NCBI GenBank assembly: GCA_041664425.1
Contig: JBAYKU010000002.1
Coordinates: forward strand, 13,142-77,141
Reading direction: 5' to 3'
DNA length: 64,000 nucleotides
Source: Minisyncoccota bacterium
Lineage (GTDB): Bacteria; Patescibacteriota; Minisyncoccia; Phycocordibacterales; XYD1-FULL-46-19
Shown: positions 29,103-38,332 of the stretch, piece by piece
Layout of the letters: the number at the start of each line of letters is the position of its first letter
Numbering within the stretch: the stretch's first letter is position 1
Program-made: the position numbers and the translations under genes
Notes under the pieces: model-generated
The model's input: the letters and a program-made list of their open reading frames with translations, nothing else
Databases searched by the model: none
Told to the model about the DNA's origin: nothing

Positions 29103-30787
29103 TGTTTGGTCGTAGTCAATTTTTCAAAAAAGGAAAAAAGGGGGCGCGCGAGCTTGATCCTGACGAGATTTTTCTTGATGCCAGTAATTTACCTAATTTT
29201 GATGATCAGCAATTTGAAGGTCGTCTAGAAAAACCAATTTCTAAACGATCTTTAACAGGGGTGGGTGTGGTTATGGTGATTTTTAGTTTGTTTTTCTTTG
29301 GTCAAATTTTTAATTTGCAAATTATTAAGGGTCAGAATTATGCTGAGCGCTCGGTCAATAATACTTTGCGTCATACGGCTATCTATGCCGAGCGAGGTAT
29401 TATCTATGATCGCCAAAAGAAAATGTTAGCTTGGAATAATCCCAATCGCATTTATCTCCAAACCGATGGTCTAGCTCATGTTATTGGCTACGTCGGCTAT
29501 CCCAAAGAAAAAGATTTGTTAGTCAATGACAAACTCGATCCCAAACAATTAATTGGCAAGGATGGAGTCGAACTTTATTACAATGAGGTTTTGGGTGGAG
29601 AAAAAGGCCTGAAGATTGAAGAAATTGATGCCATTGGTAGTGTTATTTCTGATCATGTGGTCCAGACTCCTAAAAGTGGCCAAGATTTGATTTTATCGAT
29701 TGATGTGAGGGTCCAAGAAAAACTTTTTCAGGCGATCCGCAGTGTAGCTGGTCAGTATGATTTTTTTGGCGGTAGCGGAGCGATTATGGACGTTACGACT
29801 GGTGAGCTGATTGCCTTGGTGAGCTATCCAGAATATGATCCCAATGTTTTAACGGCCGGTAAGGAGGTGGAAAAAATTACTGGTTATTTCAATAGTAAAT
29901 ATCACCCCCTACTAAATCGGCCGATTGCCGGCCTTTATACCCCTGGTTCGGTTTTTAAACCTTTTATGGCTGTCGGCGCTTTGGAAGAAAAGGTAATTGA
30001 TCCTGGTACTAAGATTTTGAGCACTGGACAGTTGGTGGTGCCAAATATTTATGATCCCAGCAAACCAACAATTTTCAAAGATTGGAAGGCTCATGGTTGG
30101 GTAGATATGCGCTGGGCATTAGCGGTTTCTTCTGATGTCTATTTTTATGAAATTGGTGGTGGCTTTGGCAGTCAAAAAGGTATTGGTATAAAAAATATTG
30201 AAAAATATGCCAAAATGTTTGGTCTAAGTTTAAAGACTGGCATCAATTTGCCTGGCGAAGAAACTGGTGTCATTTCTAACCCTGAATGGAAGGCCACTAA
30301 TTTTGACGGCGAGCCGTGGCGGGTGGGCGATACTTATCACACTGTGATTGGTCAGTATGGAGTCATGGTGACACCACTGCAGATCATGCGAGGAATTGCG
30401 ACGATTGCCAACGGTGGGCGAATGATTTCACCTAATATTCTAAAAAGTCCGGATGGTTTAGCGGCTGACGGGGTTGTCCTCTCAGTTGATCCAGAACATT
30501 TGCGCGTAGTGCGAGAGGGTATGCGCTTGTCAGCTCGTGAAGGAACGGCCAAGGGTTTAAATACTCCGGCGGTGGAGATTGCGGCGAAAACTGGTACAGC
30601 CGAACTAGGAGAAAGTCGCGAACGAGTCAACTCGTGGGTGACTGGTTTTTGGCCTTATCAAAAACCTCACTACGCTTTTGTGGTGGTGATGGAAAAGGGT
30701 TCTCGTCATAACACTATTGGTGCTACTTTCGTTATGCGTCAGCTATTGGACTGGATGCAGATTTACACACCGGAATACTTAAAATAA
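29102..30787 (+). CDS. mrdA: Penicillin-binding protein 2 (elongation-specific transpeptidase)
   Basis: SVFKP (SxxK), SSD (SxD-type) and KTGTA motifs. Start preferred at the TAATG overlap with mreD; the track offers 29057. Confidence 0.8.
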   Translation: MFGRSQFFKKGKKGARELDPDEIFLDASNLPNFDDQQFEGRLEKPISKRSLTGVGVVMVIFSLFFFGQIFNLQIIKGQNYAERSVNNTLRHTAIYAERGIIYDRQKKMLAWNNPNRIYLQTDGLAHVIGYVGYPKEKDLLVNDKLDPKQLIGKDGVELYYNEVLGGEKGLKIEEIDAIGSVISDHVVQTPKSGQDLILSIDVRVQEKLFQAIRSVAGQYDFFGGSGAIMDVTTGELIALVSYPEYDPNVLTAGKEVEKITGYFNSKYHPLLNRPIAGLYTPGSVFKPFMAVGALEEKVIDPGTKILSTGQLVVPNIYDPSKPTIFKDWKAHGWVDMRWALAVSSDVYFYEIGGGFGSQKGIGIKNIEKYAKMFGLSLKTGINLPGEETGVISNPEWKATNFDGEPWRVGDTYHTVIGQYGVMVTPLQIMRGIATIANGGRMISPNILKSPDGLAADGVVLSVDPEHLRVVREGMRLSAREGTAKGLNTPAVEIAAKTGTAELGESRERVNSWVTGFWPYQKPHYAFVVVMEKGSRHNTIGATFVMRQLLDWMQIYTPEYLK

Positions 30788-30824
30788 TTGATTTTTAGCT
30801 CTAAATCAGGTAAAATCTTCCCAT

Positions 30825-31286
30825 ATGGATAAAAAACAATATCTAAGTCCTGAGAAATTTGAGGAATTAAAAGAAGAGCTTCAGCGTCTAAAAATGGTGG
30901 AGCGCAAGGAAGTAGCGGAAACTCTAGAATTTGCCAAGTCCCTCGGTGACTTGTCGGAAAATGCCGAGTATCACGAAGCTCGCGACAAGCAGGCTGATAT
31001 TGAAGATCGAATTGCTAGTATTGAAGAGATTCTTAAAACAGCCACCATTACTACTAAACATTCAGGTGGTCGGGTCCAGATTGGCTCAACAGTAGTTGTT
31101 AAAAAAGAAGGCGGAGAACCGGTTGAATATACTGTTGTTGGTTCTGAGGAGGCTGATATGGCGGTTGGTAAAGTTTCTCATCTTTCGCCGATTGGTGAAG
31201 CTTTGGTGGGGTCCGGTAATGGCGACAAAGTGGAAGTGGTTACCCCTCGGGGGGTGGTAAAATACCAAGTAATCGAGGTGAAGTAA
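30825..31286 (+). CDS. greA: Transcription elongation factor GreA
   Basis: N-terminal coiled-coil and C-terminal FKBP-like domain; length 153 aa. Confidence 0.85.
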   Translation: MDKKQYLSPEKFEELKEELQRLKMVERKEVAETLEFAKSLGDLSENAEYHEARDKQADIEDRIASIEEILKTATITTKHSGGRVQIGSTVVVKKEGGEPVEYTVVGSEEADMAVGKVSHLSPIGEALVGSGNGDKVEVVTPRGVVKYQVIEVK

Positions 31287-31357
31287 GATTGTCAGTGGGA
31301 GTTTATTTTGTTTTTTAAAAATTTTACATTTTGATTTTTTAATTTTAAATTTGAAAC

Positions 31358-33262
31358 ATGGCTTCACTCGAAGAATTGCGAGCAGAAAGAATTAAAAAAC
31401 TAGCTTTATTAAAAGAAGCTGGGATGGAGCCTTTTCCGGCTGAGAGCCATCTTGATTTGACCCTCGATAGCGTTTTGTCTGATTTCGATGAGCTGGTCAG
31501 CACTGGCGAGAAAAAAACTGTTGGCGGGCGAGTGATGTCATTGCGACTACAGGGCGCTCTGGCTTTTTTTGATTTATTTGATGGCACGGCTAAATTGCAG
31601 GCCCTGCTCAAAAAAGATGAATTAGGACCAGTTTTTGATTTGTTTGCCGATACGATTGATGTGGGGGATTTTGTGGAAGTGACGGGCAAGTTTTTTATCA
31701 CCAAACGAGGAGAAAAAACGATCGAGGGCGACAGTTGGAAAATTTTAGCCAAGAGTCTTCACCCCCTGCCTGACAAGTGGGATGGTTTACAAGACACCGA
31801 AGAAAGACTCCGCAAACGCTATCTCGATATTTTAATGAACGAAGATGTTCGTGAGATGGTCATCAAGCGTAGCCAGTTCTGGCAAGCGATGCGAGAATTT
31901 CTGCTGGCCAAGGGTTTTTTGGAAGTGGATACCCCAATTTTAGAAAATACCGCTGGGGGAGCCGAAGCTCGACCTTTTCTCACTCATCACAATGCTCTCG
32001 ATTTGGATGTTTTTTTACGGATTTCAGTCGGTGAGTTATGGCAGAAAAAGTTGATGGTGGCTGGTCTACCAAAAGTCTTTGAAATCGGTCGCGTTTTCCG
32101 TAACGAGGGTATGGACGCTGATCACTTGCAGGATTATACCGCTTTGGAATTTTATCAGGCTTTTGCTGATTACAAAGAGGGAATGGATTTTGTTCGCGAA
32201 CTTTATCGCTATGTGGCAGAGAAAACTTTCGGCACTCTAAAATTTAACATTCGCGGTTTTGAAATTGATTTAGCTAAAGATTGGGAGACTTATGATTTTG
32301 TCGGCATTATCAAAGACCGGACCGGAATCGATATTCTCTCGGCTGATTTGAGAGCGATGGAAGCCAAACTGAACGAGCTAGAAATCACTTATGATAAAAA
32401 AGGCTTCAACCAGACTCGAGCAATAGATAACCTTTGGAAATATTGTCGCAAGCAGATTGCTGGTCCGGGCTTTTTGATCAATGTGCCTGTTAGTATGGAA
32501 CCGCTGGCCAAACGCAAAGCTGACAATCCAGAGCTGGTGGAACGTTTTCAAGTTATTCTCGCCGGCTCCGAGAACGGTAAAGGTTTCAGTGAGCTCAATG
32601 ACCCACTCGACCAGGCTGGACGTTTTTCTGAGCAGGCCAAACTCCGCGAAGCTGGGGATGAAGAAGCCCAAATGTTTGATCAAGAATTCGTCGAGGCCCT
32701 CGAATATGGCATGCCTCCGACTTTCGGTTTTGGAGTTAGTGAGAGACTCTTTGCTTTCCTGTGTGATAAACCCGCCCGCGAGACCCAAATTTTCCCATTG
32801 ATGAGACCGAAAGAAGCCAAAGAAATCAAAGCCAAAGATTTGGCTAGCTATACTGCTGTGGCTATTTTAAATAAAGAAAATCACTTGGAGCCATGGCAGG
32901 AAATGAATACAGTTGCTCACCTCAATGCTTCTTTTGCGGCGCGCTTTGGCAAGTCTTTACTCTACCAAGACAAGATAAAGACTAAGGATAACAAAGAAAT
33001 TTATTTGAACATCCAAAATGCTATCATGATCAAAGAAGCTTCAAGTGGAAAACAAATGGTGGAGTTGCTGACCGAAGCTGAGAAAGCTGATTTGGCCGTT
33101 TTTGAATTTATCCGGCCCATGATTGAAACCTCAGACGATAAAAAAATTATTGATTATGCCAAGGGTCGCGATTGGTCCGAGGTAGATTTTCTCGGTATCT
33201 TGATTTTTGGTAAGCGTTCGGTAGTAGAAAAAATTACGGCCGATTTACCCCTAGTAAAATAG
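31358..33262 (+). CDS. lysS: Lysyl-tRNA synthetase (class II) with an ~130-aa C-terminal extension of unknown function
   Basis: OB-fold anticodon-binding domain and class II catalytic core (FRNEG motif 2, GGGEARPF-like loop). 634 aa, versus about 500 for typical LysRS. Confidence 0.85.
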   Translation: MASLEELRAERIKKLALLKEAGMEPFPAESHLDLTLDSVLSDFDELVSTGEKKTVGGRVMSLRLQGALAFFDLFDGTAKLQALLKKDELGPVFDLFADTIDVGDFVEVTGKFFITKRGEKTIEGDSWKILAKSLHPLPDKWDGLQDTEERLRKRYLDILMNEDVREMVIKRSQFWQAMREFLLAKGFLEVDTPILENTAGGAEARPFLTHHNALDLDVFLRISVGELWQKKLMVAGLPKVFEIGRVFRNEGMDADHLQDYTALEFYQAFADYKEGMDFVRELYRYVAEKTFGTLKFNIRGFEIDLAKDWETYDFVGIIKDRTGIDILSADLRAMEAKLNELEITYDKKGFNQTRAIDNLWKYCRKQIAGPGFLINVPVSMEPLAKRKADNPELVERFQVILAGSENGKGFSELNDPLDQAGRFSEQAKLREAGDEEAQMFDQEFVEALEYGMPPTFGFGVSERLFAFLCDKPARETQIFPLMRPKEAKEIKAKDLASYTAVAILNKENHLEPWQEMNTVAHLNASFAARFGKSLLYQDKIKTKDNKEIYLNIQNAIMIKEASSGKQMVELLTEAEKADLAVFEFIRPMIETSDDKKIIDYAKGRDWSEVDFLGILIFGKRSVVEKITADLPLVK

Positions 33263-33268
33263 CTTCTG

Positions 33269-34087
33269 ATGTTAAAAAAAATAAAAACCAAGCTGGCCTT
33301 AATCAAATCAGCTGTCTTTGGAATTTGGCATGGTTTTTCTGAACCAGAAGAAGAGATCTCAGACTTAGTTAAAAAGATAAAAATCGGTTCATCTAGGCAA
33401 GGCCGAGAAATATTTGCTTATCAGTTGGGAACAGGCCAAACGAAAATTGCTCTAGTTTCGGCGATTCATGGTAATGAAGTGGGAACGACCAAATTGGCGA
33501 GAAAAATTATCAATTGGCTCTCTACGACTGAAAAAGATTTTAAAAATTTTTCTTTTTATATTATCCCTTGTTTAAATCCGGATGGTTTTCAATTGGCTCG
33601 ATCTTGTCCCCAATATTGGCGGGGTGGGCGAGCGGGGCGCTTTAATGCTCAGCAAGTGGATCTCAATCGCAATTTTAAAACTACTAGCTGGCAAGGTAGT
33701 TCTATTTGGTCGTCGGGCCAAAATTACAGCCAGAAAGACGAGGTTTTTTGCGGTTCGTCGGCTGGCTCAGAACCAGAAGTGGCTGGTTTAAGTGATTTGA
33801 TAATAAAGGAAAATATCAAATTACTTTTTTCTTTTCATAATGTTGGCCGAGATGTGATGCCGAGTAGTGATGATCTGGCGATTAAACTGGCTAAAATTTA
33901 TTGTCAGCAAACTGGTTTCACTTTTGTCTCTCGTGAAGATTGGCAAAAATTAGCTCAAACCGGAACGGCTCGACAGTGGTGCGAAGAAAATAGTGTTTCT
34001 TATGTTGAAGTTGAATGTCCTTATCGCTGGGGCAGTGATTGGCCGAGGCAAAAGAAAGCGATTTCGGCTTGTCTAGATTGTCTCTAA
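33269..34087 (+). CDS. M14-family zinc carboxypeptidase (MpaA/gamma-D-Glu-DAP peptidase-like)
   Basis: HGNE zinc ligand, NPDGF, DLNRNF and the second His in SFHN. Confidence 0.75.
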   Translation: MLKKIKTKLALIKSAVFGIWHGFSEPEEEISDLVKKIKIGSSRQGREIFAYQLGTGQTKIALVSAIHGNEVGTTKLARKIINWLSTTEKDFKNFSFYIIPCLNPDGFQLARSCPQYWRGGRAGRFNAQQVDLNRNFKTTSWQGSSIWSSGQNYSQKDEVFCGSSAGSEPEVAGLSDLIIKENIKLLFSFHNVGRDVMPSSDDLAIKLAKIYCQQTGFTFVSREDWQKLAQTGTARQWCEENSVSYVEVECPYRWGSDWPRQKKAISACLDCL

Positions 34088-34201
34088 TTGTGCGAAATCC
34101 AATCTCGCACAAGACCACAAATATTTGACAAGTTTGATTGTTTAATCTATAATTAAATTAGGAATAGCGTTTGGTAGAAACACCACAAAAAGGAGGTTCC
34201 A

Positions 34202-34396
34202 ATGTGCAAGTGCTGTGGAACGTGCAAAGAATGGGATGGTGACATCCGTAAATCAGAAGCTTACTGCAAATCTCGACCCAAGTTGCCATTTTGGATGTCA
34301 GGTCATAGCTCCAACGGTTACGTTGGACGCAATTCCGGGAAGGGTTGCAAGGCTTACAAAAAGGATCCTGCGAAGTGTCGGGATGTTAGAAAATAG
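34202..34396 (+). CDS. Cys-rich 64-aa micro-protein (8 Cys; CxCCxxC N-terminus)
   Basis: AGGAGG RBS 5 nt upstream of the ATG; 13-bp-stem terminator immediately downstream. Product MCKCCGTCKEWDGDIRKSEAYCKSRPKLPFWMSGHSSNGYVGRNSGKGCKAYKKDPAKCRDVRK. Confidence 0.55.
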   Translation: MCKCCGTCKEWDGDIRKSEAYCKSRPKLPFWMSGHSSNGYVGRNSGKGCKAYKKDPAKCRDVRK

Positions 34397-34418
34397 CCAC
34401 CTCGAACCGCCTGCCGAA

Positions 34419-34455
34419 CAGAGCCCACCTCTGTGAGGCGGGCTCTGTTTTTATA
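34419..34455 (+). terminator. Rho-independent terminator after the Cys-rich ORF
   Basis: cagagcccacctc/gaggcgggctctg stem (one mismatch) followed by TTTTT. Confidence 0.75.
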
Positions 34456-34829
34456 AAATAATTTATGACTAAAAAGTCGAATTTGTGCGAAGTTGTGTTC
34501 TAAATTGGATGTCGCACATGCCAATTTAACCCTTATTTGTGCGAAGTCGGACTTCGCACAAAACCAGAGTGAGGACTTATCCCTGCACACCAATTGAGGT
34601 GTCCATTTTTATATTCCCGCCCTTATTTACAACAAAATCAGTCCAAAATGGCTCATAAAAATTTTAGTCGTTATTTGACCAAAAATGCCCTGCGGGAAAA
34701 CGCCTCAATTGGTGTGCAGGTTATACCCATAAAGGGCACTGCTCCGTTCGCAAGCTCACGGGTTATACCCATAAAAAGGGTGCTGCTCCATCGCTTCGCT
34801 CAGGGTTATCCACTGTTTTATTTGGTTCA

Positions 34830-34880
34830 GTGGGGGAAAGTGGAGTAGAATACATATGCAGTGGCAAGAAGTGGCACGGG
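34830..34880 (+). promoter_or_regulatory. Putative MraZ operator: four GTGG boxes phased at 10-bp periodicity upstream of mraZ
   Basis: cagGTGGGg (34830), aaaGTGGAg (34840), gcaGTGGCa (34861), gaaGTGGCa (34871). This matches the AAAGTG[GT][GA] MraZ-box consensus and spacing described for MraZ operators. Confidence 0.5.
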
Positions 34881-34904
34881 GCCATTTAGTTAAAAAAAGC
34901 TCCT

Positions 34905-35339
34905 ATGTTAATTGGCGAATACAGACACAATTTAGATGACAAAAAGAGAGTTTCTGTACCCGCCAATTTTCGCAAGGAGTTGGGTAAGAAGGTTGTTGTT
35001 AGTCGTGGTTTCGATAAGTGTTTATTTATTCATCCGATCAAAGAATGGCAACGCTTCACTGAGGAGCTCGAGAAGATGTCAGTTGGTCGAATCGATTCCC
35101 GCGACCTCAACCGTTTTGTCTTTGCCGGTGCTGTCGAGACCGAGATTGATGGTATGGGCCGAGTGCTTATCCCAGATTTTCTCAAAGGTTTCGCCGAGCT
35201 CAAATCGAAAGTCGTCGTGATTGGTGTTAGTCGTCGACTAGAAATTTGGGATGAGACGAAGTGGGATGATAATACTCGCCGGATTGAAGGCCAAGCTGAT
35301 GTTTTGGCCGAAAAAATGGGCGAGTTAGGAATGTTCTAG
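34905..35339 (+). CDS. mraZ: Transcriptional regulator MraZ
   Basis: Duplicated MraZ domain with DxxxR motifs (LDDKKRVSVP ... EIDGMGRVLIP). Confidence 0.9.
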   Translation: MLIGEYRHNLDDKKRVSVPANFRKELGKKVVVSRGFDKCLFIHPIKEWQRFTEELEKMSVGRIDSRDLNRFVFAGAVETEIDGMGRVLIPDFLKGFAELKSKVVVIGVSRRLEIWDETKWDDNTRRIEGQADVLAEKMGELGMF

Positions 35340-35340
35340 T

Positions 35341-36240
35341 ATGCACGTACCTGTTCTTTTACAACCGACAATTGAGTGGCTAAATCTTCAGCCAGGAGAG
35401 ATTCTGGTTGATGGTACAGTCAACGCTGCTGGTCATGCTAAGGAGCTTTGCCAATTTCTAGGTTCCACTGGTCTGTTGGTGGGCATTGATGCTGACGGCG
35501 AGGCGATCGAGCGAGCCAAGAGTAATCTCAACACTTGCCCTTGTCCCACCAAATTGATTAGAGGCAATTTCCGCCATTTTAATAAATTACTTGATGAGGC
35601 GGGTATAGAAAAAGTTGATGCCGTCTTGCTTGATCTAGGTTTCAGTTCTGATCAGCTCGATGATTCTGGTCGCGGATTTTCTTTCCAGCGCGACGAACCG
35701 TTGATGATGACTTTGTCCAACGATGATACTTTGGGAACTCTCGTGACAGCCGAAGAAGCGGTCAACGAGTGGGCCGAGGAAAGTCTAGCTGATATTATCT
35801 ACGGTTTTGGCGAAGAACAATTCTCTCGCCGAATTGCCAAGGCGATCATTGAAGCCAGAGCGGTCAAGCCGATTAAAACTACAGGCGAATTGGTAAAAAT
35901 TATCGAGGAAGCCGTCCCGGGCTGGTATCGTCATCGCAAACTTCATCCAGCAACTAAAACTTTTCAGGCTCTCCGGATCGCGGTCAATGACGAACTAGGT
36001 GCCATTAAAACCGCCCTACCGGCCATCTGGCAGAGATTAAATCCCGGCGGTCGGCTAGCAATCATTAGTTTCCATAGCCTCGAAGCGCGAATCGTCAAAG
36101 ATTGGATGAGAGAGAAAAAGGCTCAGGGCGAGGGCGTGATTCTAACCAAAAAAGCCGTTAAACCAGATCGCGAAGAAGAATTAGCCAATCCACGTTCACG
36201 AAGTGCTCAATTGCGGGTGATTAAAAAAATTAATTTTTAA
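35341..36240 (+). CDS. rsmH: 16S rRNA (cytosine1402-N4)-methyltransferase RsmH (MraW)
   Basis: Full-length RsmH homology (VDGTVNAAGHA, LDLGFSSDQLD). Confidence 0.9.
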   Translation: MHVPVLLQPTIEWLNLQPGEILVDGTVNAAGHAKELCQFLGSTGLLVGIDADGEAIERAKSNLNTCPCPTKLIRGNFRHFNKLLDEAGIEKVDAVLLDLGFSSDQLDDSGRGFSFQRDEPLMMTLSNDDTLGTLVTAEEAVNEWAEESLADIIYGFGEEQFSRRIAKAIIEARAVKPIKTTGELVKIIEEAVPGWYRHRKLHPATKTFQALRIAVNDELGAIKTALPAIWQRLNPGGRLAIISFHSLEARIVKDWMREKKAQGEGVILTKKAVKPDREEELANPRSRSAQLRVIKKINF

Positions 36241-36245
36241 AATAA

Positions 36246-36581
36246 ATGAATAATAAAATCTTTAAAATCAATTTCAGCGAAATTCACAGCAACTTATTGT
36301 CTGTGGCTTTAGTGGTTTCGTTATTGGTTTTAGGGATTTCTTATATTTATTTAATCAACACTTCCGTCTTTTTGGTCAATGCCCGCGGACTAGCGGAAGA
36401 AAAAAGTGCTCAGATCGAGTCAGAACTGGCTGTTTTAGAAACCAATTACATTAGCTCTCAGGAGGCGATTGATATGGCTTTTGCTACTGCTCGTGGTTTT
36501 GTGGAAGCACCGAAAGATAGCACTTTTGCTTATCGTTCCAAGCCTGCCGACAGTGAAACCTCCCTGTCTTTTCTACGTTAA
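36246..36581 (+). CDS. ftsL: FtsL-like cell-division protein (N-terminal TM plus coiled-coil)
   Basis: Small bitopic protein located between rsmH and ftsI, as in dcw clusters. Confidence 0.5.
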   Translation: MNNKIFKINFSEIHSNLLSVALVVSLLVLGISYIYLINTSVFLVNARGLAEEKSAQIESELAVLETNYISSQEAIDMAFATARGFVEAPKDSTFAYRSKPADSETSLSFLR

Positions 36582-36599
36582 TTTGTTAGACTAGTAGAA

Positions 36600-38309
36600 A
36601 TGAAAGATACCACCTCTCGTATTAGATGGGTTTCCGTCTTTTTTGTCGCGATCGCGCTACTATTTGTGGCACGATTATTTTTTTTGCAGGTTATTAGCGG
36701 TTCTGATTATGCCGAACAGGCTGACCGTCAATATCTCCGACCGGCCAATAATATTTTTGAAAGAGGTTCAATTTTCTTTACGACCAAAGATGGCACTTTA
36801 GTCTCGGCCGCTTCGCTAAAAGTTGGTTTTATTGTATCGGCTAATCCTCAAAAGATTACCAATGCCAGCACCACCTACGAGCAATTAGCTAGTATCCTGC
36901 CTGATTTAGATCGAGAAAAAACTATTCAACAATTGTCTGATCGCGCTGACCCCTATGTGGAAATCGCTACTCGTGTGGACCAAACTCTCGCCGATAAAAT
37001 CAAGGCTAATAAAATTACCGGCGTTGATATCTATAAACAAAAGTGGCGTTTTTTTCCGGCGGGCCGATCAGCTGCCCACGCCATCGGTTTTATGGGCTAT
37101 AAAGGTGACCTCTACTCTGGTCGTTATGGTTTAGAAAAACAGTATGACGGTTTGTTGACGCGCAATCGAGATGGATTATTCGTAAACTTTTTTGCGGAAT
37201 TGTTTTCTGATTTTGCCTCTTCAACTAAAAATAATGTTACTGGTGCCGAAGGGGATATTGTTTTGACGATTGAACCTCTGGTCCAGAATGCCTTAGAAAA
37301 AGAATTGACCGCTTATGTGGAAAAATGGCAGCCAGATATGGTGGGTGGCATTATCATCAATCCCCAAAATGGTGAAATCTACGCGATGGCTAGCCGGCCC
37401 AATTTTGATCCAGGTGAAAAGCAGACTGATATTGAGGCTCTCAACAACAAGATGGTGGAAAAGAGTTATGAAATGGGCTCCATTTTTAAGCCTTTGACCA
37501 TTGCGGCCGCAATCGATATCGGCGTAGTGACTGCCAGCACGACTTACAACGACAAAGGTTGTTTAACGCTTAATAAAACGAAATTTTGTAATTTTGACGG
37601 CAAGGCGCGTGGGGTGATTCCCGTGCAAGAAATTTTAAATCAATCGCTCAATGTTGGTTCGACTTTTGTGATGCAACAGCTCGGCACTGAACGTTTCCGT
37701 AATTATTTTCATGCTTATGGTTTTGCCGAAAAAACTGGCATTGATTTGCCAGATGAAGCTTCCGGTCAGACTTCTAGTCTCGATGGCAAACCGCGGGAAC
37801 TTGATTTGGCCAACATGTCTTTCGGTCAGGGTATTGCCATCACTCCAATGGAAATGACTAGGGCCCTAGCTATTTTAGGCAACGGTGGTCGTTTGATTCG
37901 TCCCCATCTCGTCCGCCAGATCAATCATAAAAACCTTTTGACCGAGGTTATTCCCATTGAGCCAGGCAAACAAATCATCAAGCCAGAAACCAGCGCCGAG
38001 ATCAGTCGAATGTTGACGGTCGTCGTCGATACCAAGTTGGCTGATGGCAAGGTTAAAATGGCTCGCTATCAGATTGCCGCCAAGACGGGTACGGCCCAAA
38101 TTTACAAACCGGATGGCGGAGGTTATTATGATGACAGGAACTTGCACTCCTTCTTTGGCTATTTTCCAGCCTCTAAACCGCAATTCCTGATCTTTTTGAT
38201 GTCAGTTTATCCCAAGGGGGCGGCCTATTCTTCACAAACCCTAACGGATCCTTTTATTAGTCTTAATCGTTTTTTAATCAATTATTATCAGGTACCACCA
38301 GATCGTTAA
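36600..38309 (+). CDS. ftsI: Penicillin-binding protein FtsI-type (PBP3-like transpeptidase)
   Basis: N-terminal TM, SIFKP (SxxK), SLN (SxN) and KTGTA motifs. Confidence 0.8.
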   Translation: MKDTTSRIRWVSVFFVAIALLFVARLFFLQVISGSDYAEQADRQYLRPANNIFERGSIFFTTKDGTLVSAASLKVGFIVSANPQKITNASTTYEQLASILPDLDREKTIQQLSDRADPYVEIATRVDQTLADKIKANKITGVDIYKQKWRFFPAGRSAAHAIGFMGYKGDLYSGRYGLEKQYDGLLTRNRDGLFVNFFAELFSDFASSTKNNVTGAEGDIVLTIEPLVQNALEKELTAYVEKWQPDMVGGIIINPQNGEIYAMASRPNFDPGEKQTDIEALNNKMVEKSYEMGSIFKPLTIAAAIDIGVVTASTTYNDKGCLTLNKTKFCNFDGKARGVIPVQEILNQSLNVGSTFVMQQLGTERFRNYFHAYGFAEKTGIDLPDEASGQTSSLDGKPRELDLANMSFGQGIAITPMEMTRALAILGNGGRLIRPHLVRQINHKNLLTEVIPIEPGKQIIKPETSAEISRMLTVVVDTKLADGKVKMARYQIAAKTGTAQIYKPDGGGYYDDRNLHSFFGYFPASKPQFLIFLMSVYPKGAAYSSQTLTDPFISLNRFLINYYQVPPDR

Positions 38310-38332
38310 GACGCGGAATTTAATTTATCATT

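Noticed and set aside
34719-34815. Possible CRISPR array (tandem 42-bp units)
   Set aside because: There are only ~2.3 copies and the repeats are not separated by unique spacers of uniform length. No cas genes are nearby. It is better described as tandem regulatory repeats.
34594-34848. 84-aa ORF upstream of mraZ
   Set aside because: It sits inside the inverted-repeat/tandem-repeat/MraZ-box region and has no RBS. Its sequence is dictated by the repeats.
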